Source: Candidatus Berkelbacteria bacterium RIFCSPLOWO2_01_FULL_50_28 | Lineage (GTDB): Bacteria; Patescibacteriota; UBA1384; 2-12-FULL-50-11 | DNA length: 46,343 nucleotides | Assembly: GCA_001774395.1 (NCBI GenBank) | Contig: MEZX01000002.1 | Coordinates: 226,753 to 273,095, forward strand | Reading direction: 5' to 3' | Part shown: positions 17,618 through 24,750 of the stretch, piece after piece | Numbering within the stretch: position 1 is the stretch's first letter | Layout: the number at the start of each line of letters is the position of its first letter | The notes under the pieces: model-generated | What the model saw: only the letters and a program-made list of their open reading frames with translations | Told to the model about the DNA's origin: nothing | The model's database searches: none | Translations under genes and position numbers: made by a program

Positions 17618-17872
17618 GTGGATCGCGTAACGAGAAGTATCGTTTCTTGGGCTCTCATCGGTGCTGTGGTTGGATTGGTCTACGGTTATTACACCGAAAA
17701 GCCGTACGATCGGCCGGGCAGCAACAGCCCGAGCTACTGGGCGTCCGACGAGGGCAGGGCAGTACAGTCGCAGCTGACCAAGAAGATCGGTGGTCAAGGC
17801 CTGTCCGGCTTGGCGATCGGAGCACTTGTCGGCGCGCTGGCCGCCGCCGTTGCCGGCAACAAGAAAGAGTGA
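17618..17872 (+). CDS. small glycine-zipper membrane protein
   Basis: 84 aa. GGAGG lies 6 nt upstream of the GTG. There are two hydrophobic segments, the second being 'GLSGLAIGALVGALAAAVAG'. Confidence 0.55.
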   Translation: MDRVTRSIVSWALIGAVVGLVYGYYTEKPYDRPGSNSPSYWASDEGRAVQSQLTKKIGGQGLSGLAIGALVGALAAAVAGNKKE

Positions 17873-17892
17873 GCGTTTGGTTTCAACTACCA

Positions 17893-17920
17893 GCGGTCGC
17901 GGGGGTTCCCCCGCGGCCGC
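17893..17920. terminator. strong GC hairpin between convergent genes
   Basis: GCGGTCGCGGGGG / CCCCCGCGGCCGC forms a 13-bp stem with one G:U pair. There is no good T run. Confidence 0.45.
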
Positions 17921-17924
17921 TCTC

Positions 17925-18608
17925 TTACTTGGTCTCTTGTCTCAGTCGCTCTTTTGCTCCTTCAATTGTCGTACCAAATATCTTCTCGATTTGTACGGTG
18001 CAGTCAGCGTCGCCTGGCAGGGAAATCATTCTCGCAATCACGCTTTCGCCGTATTGCTTTACCAGGTGACTAACAAGAAGGAATGAAATACGATAGCCGG
18101 AATGAGCAATGAAATCGTTGTAGCCCGTATTTGCTACGAAATGGTGATCGAGGAAATACTCAAGTTTTTCCGCGTCAATCGGCCGCCCGCTGTCTTGTCC
18201 GGCGACGTACTGCGCCAATCCCTCGTTCACCCAGTCAAGAGTAGGTTTGTTGATAGCTTGGGTGAAAATGTGGGTTAACTCATGGACGACAATTGCTGGA
18301 AACTCTTGCCTAGAGTGTGACGAATATTTCTCCAGAGCGTCGGGGTCTAGAATTATTGTCACACCGTCTTCAACCCGAGCGCTCATCCAGTCTTCAGTTT
18401 CACGCCCAAGCCGATTGTTGTACTCCTGCCGTGAATACATCAGTTCTAATTGAATCGTTTCTGGCAAAGTTGGCGAAAAACTGAAAAACTCGCCAACTTT
18501 TTTTACACTGCTACGAATCACCGCCTCAACCTCTGCAAGTGGATGACTGGTCTCATAATTCATCTCAATCCCAATATTACCGACGACAAACTGTTTTTTG
18601 TTTCTCAT
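17925..18608 (-). CDS. MA-clan zinc peptidase-like protein
   Basis: 'VVHELTHIF' (HExxH) followed by 'WVNEGLAQYVAG', a gluzincin-type third ligand. Confidence 0.6.
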   Translation of the reverse strand: MRNKKQFVVGNIGIEMNYETSHPLAEVEAVIRSSVKKVGEFFSFSPTLPETIQLELMYSRQEYNNRLGRETEDWMSARVEDGVTIILDPDALEKYSSHSRQEFPAIVVHELTHIFTQAINKPTLDWVNEGLAQYVAGQDSGRPIDAEKLEYFLDHHFVANTGYNDFIAHSGYRISFLLVSHLVKQYGESVIARMISLPGDADCTVQIEKIFGTTIEGAKERLRQETK

Positions 18609-18615
18609 GGTTTTT

Positions 18616-19068
18616 CTACAAAACTTTTACAAATATCTGACAAGGGTTATCGCCCCAACCAGGATACGGCGAAATCGTTTCAAGTGGGATAAACCCTAAA
18701 TGCCTATAAAACGCTCTGGTCTTTTTGTACGGTTCGTAACTGTCAGAGTCGGCAAGGGTTTTCACCTCACAGACTTTATATTTTTGTGAAAGTTCCGCCA
18801 AACTTTTTTCAACTAAAGTTTTGCCATATTTCTTTCCTTGAAGTTCCGGTAGTACTCCAAGCCATGTCATCTCTACAGTCTCGCCATTGATTTCATTGTA
18901 AGTGGCAAAACCAATCATCTCATTTTCAAAATAAGCACCGAAAAGAATGTGATTCTTGGTGTCTTGTTCGATAGATTTCAACCCACCCTCATCAAAATAT
19001 TCCGGCAATGTTTTTGCTATCTCGTACGCTTTTTGGGCTTCGTCTGTTTTTCTAATTTCGATATCCAT
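18616..19068 (-). CDS. GNAT-family N-acetyltransferase
   Basis: 150 aa. 'LGVLPELQGKKYGKTLV' is the QxxGxG motif. Confidence 0.8.
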   Translation of the reverse strand: MDIEIRKTDEAQKAYEIAKTLPEYFDEGGLKSIEQDTKNHILFGAYFENEMIGFATYNEINGETVEMTWLGVLPELQGKKYGKTLVEKSLAELSQKYKVCEVKTLADSDSYEPYKKTRAFYRHLGFIPLETISPYPGWGDNPCQIFVKVL

Positions 19069-19096
19069 ATCTTACTTTCTTTATTTAAAACCGGCC

Positions 19097-20089
19097 TCAA
19101 TGCTTAATAATCTTTATCTCCGCCTTGTTCTCTCGGGCGATAATTCGTACTGAACCGCCGATGGGAAAAGTAATCATCGGGCTGGTGTGACCGAAATCAG
19201 CATTGGCGATGATGGGAATATCGGCCAGTTGCGGCCGGATTCGTATAAGCGTCTCCAGATTTGGTCGGGTGATAGTACTCTTCTTCTGAAACCTGCCAAA
19301 AACAATCCCGCGAATATTTTTAATTGGTATTGATTGAAGAAGCGACTCAAATTGACGGTCAAAGTGGAAGTATTGCGACTCGTCGTCGTCTTCCAGAAAG
19401 AGGATTATGTTATCGGTTGGTGGAAAATGCGACGTCCCCTGGAGAAGCTGGACCGTGCTTAAATTACCACCCACAATTACTCCTTCTGCTTCACCCTGGT
19501 TAATCGTCCAATAACCAGTATTCGATACTGGATGACGATCATCCTGATTGATATACCAAGTGTCATCGGTCCATTCTTTCGACGGCAGCAAGTAAAATGA
19601 ATCGACCTCAAAAAGACATTTCTTAAAGTGATCAAGAGTGTAATCAAAATGGAGTTTCTGTCCGAAAGTGGAGTAAGCGGGACCGGAATAAGTGGCTAAG
19701 TTTGCTCGAGCCAACATAGCGTTTTGTAAGGCGGTGGTATCGGAGTAACCAATGAAAATCTTGGGGTTATTTTTTATTAGCTCCCAGTCAAGGTGGGGAA
19801 GGAGTTGGTTGCAATTAAAGCCACCGATAACAGTGAAGATAGCTTTTACTTTCGGATCGGCGAAGGCTTCGTGCAGATCGGCAACACGTGAAGCGATTGA
19901 TGACGAAATGAACTCATCTTCTTCTTCGACATGCTTGCCAAAAGTAACCACGAGCCCGAGTGACTCAAGGCGCTTCGTTGCGATCTGCCTCACATCTTCT
20001 GAAATGAGCGCCAGCGAGTGGGATGGTGCAACGACGCGCACCGTATCGCCTGGCTGTAATTTAGCTGGAATGGTAGTCTTATCTCTCAT
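19097..20089 (-). CDS. ldcA: LD-carboxypeptidase (S66; muramoyltetrapeptide carboxypeptidase-like)
   Basis: 'GDTVRVVAPS', the 'GYSDTTAL' catalytic Ser, and a C-terminal 'FGH' His. Confidence 0.85.
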   Translation of the reverse strand: MRDKTTIPAKLQPGDTVRVVAPSHSLALISEDVRQIATKRLESLGLVVTFGKHVEEEDEFISSSIASRVADLHEAFADPKVKAIFTVIGGFNCNQLLPHLDWELIKNNPKIFIGYSDTTALQNAMLARANLATYSGPAYSTFGQKLHFDYTLDHFKKCLFEVDSFYLLPSKEWTDDTWYINQDDRHPVSNTGYWTINQGEAEGVIVGGNLSTVQLLQGTSHFPPTDNIILFLEDDDESQYFHFDRQFESLLQSIPIKNIRGIVFGRFQKKSTITRPNLETLIRIRPQLADIPIIANADFGHTSPMITFPIGGSVRIIARENKAEIKIIKH

Positions 20090-20204
20090 TTTGAATATAT
20101 GTATTATTACCTATGTTACCGAGATAATTCTACTGGTTATGATACGGGAGGAAAAGAGAATCGCATCTGAAAGTAGTAAAATACAATCAGGAGTGAATGG
20201 CAAA

Positions 20205-20702
20205 ATGATTATATTTATTAACGGATCGATCAACTCTGGAAAGACGACAGTCGCCAAAGAACTGCAAACGCAGATTCCTAAATGCGCCGTTGTTGAGATT
20301 GATGCTTTTCACGATTTTGTACCATGGATGGAGCTCAACGAAGTATTGCCTCTAAATTACAAAAACGCCATCGATGTTATCCGTAACTTCGCCCAGGCTG
20401 GCTTAACAGTAATCGTGCCGTACCCGCTCTCAAAAGCTCGGTTCGAAGAATTGTCGGCAACGCTCAAAGAATTCGGGCCAATTCATGCTTTTACTCTAAA
20501 CCCAAACTTAGAAGAGACACTTAAGAACCGCGGTACCAGAGTATTAACAAACGAGGAGAAGGAGCGGATACGATATCACTATCAAATTGGAATCAACAAT
20601 CCCGGATACGGCAAAGTGATCAACAACACCAACCAAACCGTAAAGCAAACAGCCGGTGAGATACTGGAAGCGATCAACATGGTAGATACTAACTCGCGAT
20701 GA
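20205..20702 (+). CDS. P-loop kinase-like protein
   Basis: Walker A 'INGSINSGKTT'. AGGAG is upstream of ATG 20205. The 5' part of ORF 19752..20702 is antisense to ldcA and is discounted. Confidence 0.7.
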   Translation: MIIFINGSINSGKTTVAKELQTQIPKCAVVEIDAFHDFVPWMELNEVLPLNYKNAIDVIRNFAQAGLTVIVPYPLSKARFEELSATLKEFGPIHAFTLNPNLEETLKNRGTRVLTNEEKERIRYHYQIGINNPGYGKVINNTNQTVKQTAGEILEAINMVDTNSR

Positions 20703-21334
20703 TTTATTTAATTGGCGGTCCGCCAAAATGCGGAAAAACTACGCTCGCAAAAAGGTTGGCAGATAAATACCGAATTTCCTGGATCTCGGCCGACACACTC
20801 GAGAATATTGTTTGGGCGTACACATCAGAAGAAAAGCGTCCCTCTCTCTTTCCGCACAGCTCTTCGCGAGGAGACAGCAACGATCAGTTCTACTCGGATC
20901 ACTCCGCAGAAGAAATAGTCAGAAACTATATCATCCAGGGTGAAACTACTTATGACGCCATCAGTATGATGGCAGAAACTTACCTCACAGATAAAGACGA
21001 CTATATCGTTGAGGGGTTTCAGGTCGCACCGGAGATTGTGGATCGCATTTTCAAAAAATTCGGCCAAGATCACGTCAGAGCAGTCTTTCTTGTACGACAA
21101 GACGAACAGAAGTTCATTCAAGACATTCACAAGTCAACCACACCAAACGACTGGGTGATCCAAAAGACGAAAGATGAGGCCACGTACGGAAAGATTTCAG
21201 CGATGATCGCCGAATACTCCCGCTATTTTGAGATGGAAGCGGAAAAGTACGGCTTGAGAGTTTTCAGCATGGACGAGGATTTTGACCAACAGCTCGACGC
21301 AATAGAAAATCATCTGAAGTCCTCGCGAAGTTGA
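20699..21334 (+). CDS. P-loop kinase-like protein
   Basis: Walker A 'GGPPKCGKTTLA'. An ATGA overlap joins it to the previous gene. Confidence 0.7.
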   Translation: MIYLIGGPPKCGKTTLAKRLADKYRISWISADTLENIVWAYTSEEKRPSLFPHSSSRGDSNDQFYSDHSAEEIVRNYIIQGETTYDAISMMAETYLTDKDDYIVEGFQVAPEIVDRIFKKFGQDHVRAVFLVRQDEQKFIQDIHKSTTPNDWVIQKTKDEATYGKISAMIAEYSRYFEMEAEKYGLRVFSMDEDFDQQLDAIENHLKSSRS

Positions 21335-21361
21335 GGATTAGAAAATGGTACCGATAGGGTG

Positions 21362-21390
21362 TTGACTGGCAATCCAGCAAAGACTAGATT
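21362..21390 (+). promoter_or_regulatory. sigma70-like promoter at the left edge of the AT-rich island
   Basis: TTGACT, 17-nt spacer, TAGATT, 48 nt upstream of ATG 21439. Confidence 0.4.
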
Positions 21391-21438
21391 GGCGACAGAA
21401 TGTTTAATGGTTCAGGTAATCGAATTTGTGAGTAATCT

Positions 21439-21924
21439 ATGAAAAGAGTGCCAACCGGCATTGGTTCGTCGTATCAAACTTTGAATGATAATCTGTCAAG
21501 TGAAGCGAGTAACTCAGAAATATGTAACAAATCTATAGGTCAAAAGTTCAAAACAGTCACTATTATCGGAAGCTATAGAAAGCATCTTGATGGAATTATC
21601 AAAATTAAAGCAGAGCTAGAGTTGCAAGGGGTTAGAGTCCTCAGTCCGAGATTTACTCAACCTATTAATCGCGATGATGAATTTATCACTTTTGTTGGCG
21701 AGGAAAAGATGACTCATTCTGAAATTGAAAAAGTTCATTTAGATTCAATTACAAAATCAGATGCAGTTATAGTTTGTGATAAGGGTGGTTATGTCGGGAA
21801 TGCGACATTATTTGAGATAGGCTATGCTTACGCCCTGGGTAAAAGAATTATTTTTACGTCAAAACCAGAGGAATATTTACTTAATATTCTGTTCTGTGGA
21901 ATAGAAATCAATTCAACCTTATGA
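21439..21924 (+). CDS. nucleoside 2-deoxyribosyltransferase-like (NDT/Rcl-fold) protein
   Basis: The flavodoxin-like pattern is 'VTIIGSY..', 'GVRVLSP', 'SDAVIVCDKGGYVGNATLFEIGYAYALGKRIIF'. The last segment resembles the NDT-family 'S.G...E.G.A.A.GK' motif. Confidence 0.5.
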   Translation: MKRVPTGIGSSYQTLNDNLSSEASNSEICNKSIGQKFKTVTIIGSYRKHLDGIIKIKAELELQGVRVLSPRFTQPINRDDEFITFVGEEKMTHSEIEKVHLDSITKSDAVIVCDKGGYVGNATLFEIGYAYALGKRIIFTSKPEEYLLNILFCGIEINSTL

Positions 21925-21940
21925 TGTTTGGAGGTAAAAA

Positions 21941-23593
21941 ATGAAAATAAAATATGAAGATTATTTTATTGTGCCAACAGGAAAACAAAAAAAACTATTA
22001 GCGAAAACAATTGATTTGGCAATGAAATTTTACGACGGATCGTTAAGGGATAATAAGTTCCTTGTCTACAGAACGCCAAGATATTTTTTTGATAAACTTA
22101 ATCGGACAATTCCCTGCAACCCTTCAGACGTGGAAAAAAGTTTTGATTTACTGGAGGAGGTAGGGAAATACTCGATTAGTCAATTCGACAAAACGTATTT
22201 AAGTTTTCCAGATTCTGGCAATAGTTTGCCTGGAATGATGGGAGCGATATTTGCTAAGCTGATCAACCAAAATTTATGCGCATTTGATCGGTCGGCTCCA
22301 ATAGCTACTGTTATGGAAATACAAATCATTGAATGGCTCAGAGAGCTTATAGGGTATAAGAGTAAAGAGTTGAAAGATATAAAATCTTTGTCAGAAGTGG
22401 GCGGCATGTGTGTTTCCGGGGGACATATGGCCAATCACATTGGCGTTATGGCGGCCTTGAATAATAAGTTCCCCGAGATAAGAGAAAAGGGGTTGGCCAA
22501 GTTAGGTTTTACGCCAGTAATATTACTATCGAATAAGATATCGCATTATTCTTTTCTTGAAGCAGCTCACCATCTTGGTATCGGAAGAGATAGTGTTGTT
22601 GATATACCAACAACACAAAACTTTACAACGAATTATGAGAAATTAGAGCAGGTGTTAAAAGATCTTCCAAGAGACAAGGTGCCCTTTATGGTAGTTGGGG
22701 TTGCTGGAAATACCAAGACAAGCAATCTCGATAATCTTGGTAAATTAGCAGATTTTACAAAAAAACATAACCTGTGGTTACATGTGGATGCCTGCCACGG
22801 TGGTAGTTTATTGTTCTCAAAAAAGATGAAAAAACAATTTTTGAGCAGAATCGAACAAGCAGACTCCGTCACAATTGATCCGCATAAAGGTTTGTTTGTT
22901 CCATATCCATCAAGTTATATCCTCTTTAAACGGAGGGATGTCCTATCGTTCTTTTCAAAGCACCCCGAAGAAACGAAAGATAAAAATATATGGGAGCTGG
23001 GGCTCATAACCCCTTTTTATGGATCGCGAGGTTTTGAATCATTGAGTTTATGGATGTTGATATCGGTAATGGGAACAGATGGAATAGCCCAGGTAGTTGA
23101 GTATCGCAGTAAGATTGCAAAATACACAGAAGAATTGATTGAAAGTGCAGATCTTTTTATAGGAATGAATAAAATGGATTTTTACCGCATGGCTTTTGTG
23201 TACTGCCCAAAGAGAATCCGTGAGTATCTGGTCAAATTTGGTGATAAACTTTCCCAACCACAAAAAGTTGATATCTGTAATTTGATAAATAGGTATGATC
23301 GCGAAATAAATCAGAAGCTTTATACGGGCGGAGAAGTTTGCCTCGATAAATACAGTCTTTACGATGTTGGTAACAAGGTTCGTCTTGGAGATGATAAGAA
23401 GTTTTTAGTGATGGCGATAACAATAGGTAACCCATTATTTACAGAAGAAACCATGAAAAAGGCCCTGAACAAACTCTTTAATGATGCGAAAAAGCTCGTA
23501 CCTTTATTTGAGAAAGATTTTCTAGATATTATTAACAGTAAAACCCGTCGTGAGAAACACTGTCGCGATTTTGGCGGTCCAGCGGGATGGTGA
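21941..23593 (+). CDS. group II PLP-dependent amino-acid decarboxylase
   Basis: 'HVDACHGGSLLF' and 'DSVTIDPHKGLFVPYPSSYILFK' (PLP lysine). GGAGG precedes the ATG. Confidence 0.85.
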   Translation: MKIKYEDYFIVPTGKQKKLLAKTIDLAMKFYDGSLRDNKFLVYRTPRYFFDKLNRTIPCNPSDVEKSFDLLEEVGKYSISQFDKTYLSFPDSGNSLPGMMGAIFAKLINQNLCAFDRSAPIATVMEIQIIEWLRELIGYKSKELKDIKSLSEVGGMCVSGGHMANHIGVMAALNNKFPEIREKGLAKLGFTPVILLSNKISHYSFLEAAHHLGIGRDSVVDIPTTQNFTTNYEKLEQVLKDLPRDKVPFMVVGVAGNTKTSNLDNLGKLADFTKKHNLWLHVDACHGGSLLFSKKMKKQFLSRIEQADSVTIDPHKGLFVPYPSSYILFKRRDVLSFFSKHPEETKDKNIWELGLITPFYGSRGFESLSLWMLISVMGTDGIAQVVEYRSKIAKYTEELIESADLFIGMNKMDFYRMAFVYCPKRIREYLVKFGDKLSQPQKVDICNLINRYDREINQKLYTGGEVCLDKYSLYDVGNKVRLGDDKKFLVMAITIGNPLFTEETMKKALNKLFNDAKKLVPLFEKDFLDIINSKTRREKHCRDFGGPAGW

Positions 23594-24750
23594 AGCTTTG
23601 TATACAACCAGAAGAAAAGGAACTCAATAAATATCTCCAACTTGCCGATCATAACAACTTTCAGGTTGAGATAGATGTTGACATGCTGAAATCGAACCCT
23701 AAATTATTTGAACATAGGTTTGTTGGAGTTCATGGGAGTAACTATTTAAGTTCGAGCGAATTAGTTGAAGAATTGGAGATGCTGAGCAGGTTCAACATAC
23801 TTTATGTGGTATATCACGATTCTGTAGTTGAGAAGTTGTTGGATTCATTTTACCTTTCAAACCACCATAAGCTCGTTATTCTAATGGAAAATTGTAGCTG
23901 TCAGAGCGCAAGAGATTTTGATGAGTTATATAGTAAATCTAAACAAAAGATTAACCATTTTAATAAGTGTATTGATACTGGTCATGTGAATTTATCTAAC
24001 GATAAAGACTTGGATAAATGGGCGGATAACGAAGTTAGTCTTTTCCATCTTAATAATAATTACGGCAAGGATACTCATAATTCGTTGTACGATGGTGAGA
24101 TTAATTTTCTAAATATGAACCAGTTGTTAAAAAGTAAATATGTTTCGTTAGAAGTAACTCGGGGGTTTAGAACATATCTGAAAAATATCCAATATATGAT
24201 TAGGCATGGCGTTGTTCCTTTCGATAATATAGCAATGCCACTGAACCATCCAATAATTCAGGAGGAATTCATAGCGAGAGTACGCAGGCTGCTAAGAAAC
24301 CACTTCAAAGGTTCACTTTGTTTCGCCTTCTTTTATGGTTCATTCGTGAGAAAAGAACTGAACACTAGAAGCGATGTAGATATGGTAGTGATTTTAAAAT
24401 CGAAAGAATTAAAAACTGATACATTCTACGGCTCTTATAAAATAGTATGCTCCGAATATAACATCCATTTGGATCCAGAATATCCGTTTGAAATCTTTTC
24501 TGAAAACGACTACCTGAGTTACGTAGATTTGAATACTAGAACTGTCTCTAAGGAAGATATTGCCGATCGGGAGGAGTTATTGTTTTCCTTCCTTGACCAC
24601 CACCTCTGCTTTGTTGGGAGTATGAAACAATTTCAATGCCATCGCAGGGTAGTTGAGAAGGCGGTATTGGGCACAGCCAGAACAGGTAAGGATTGTTATA
24701 CCAAGAGTGATCTGAAATCTATTGTAAGAGCTTATGTTAATGATTCGTAA
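23587..24750 (+). CDS. fusion of a xylose-isomerase-like TIM barrel and a Pol-beta-type nucleotidyltransferase domain
   Basis: The N-terminal half has 'VHGS', 'VVYHD', 'MENC', 'CIDTGHVNL', 'FHLNNNYGKDTHNSLYDGEINF' and 'SLEV'. The C-terminal half has 'FFYGSFVRKELNTRSDVDMVVIL' (GS...DxD). The start overlaps the previous stop (ATGGTGA). Confidence 0.6.
   Translation: MVKLCIQPEEKELNKYLQLADHNNFQVEIDVDMLKSNPKLFEHRFVGVHGSNYLSSSELVEELEMLSRFNILYVVYHDSVVEKLLDSFYLSNHHKLVILMENCSCQSARDFDELYSKSKQKINHFNKCIDTGHVNLSNDKDLDKWADNEVSLFHLNNNYGKDTHNSLYDGEINFLNMNQLLKSKYVSLEVTRGFRTYLKNIQYMIRHGVVPFDNIAMPLNHPIIQEEFIARVRRLLRNHFKGSLCFAFFYGSFVRKELNTRSDVDMVVILKSKELKTDTFYGSYKIVCSEYNIHLDPEYPFEIFSENDYLSYVDLNTRTVSKEDIADREELLFSFLDHHLCFVGSMKQFQCHRRVVEKAVLGTARTGKDCYTKSDLKSIVRAYVNDS

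Noticed and set aside
17563-18086. + strand ORFs 17563..18069 and 17790..18086
   Set aside because: They overlap the small membrane protein, a strong hairpin and the antisense of the MA-peptidase gene. Their Arg/Ser-rich translations have no support.
19752-20204. 5' extension of the ORF that contains the first P-loop kinase
   Set aside because: The extension is antisense to ldcA. It has no motif, and a good AGGAG plus ATG occurs at 20205 just before the Walker A.
21978-21992. A8 run near the 5' end of the decarboxylase gene as a possible phase-variation tract
   Set aside because: It is a single short homopolymer in AT-rich DNA encoding Lys-Lys. There is no evidence of variability from one sequence, so it is not reportable.
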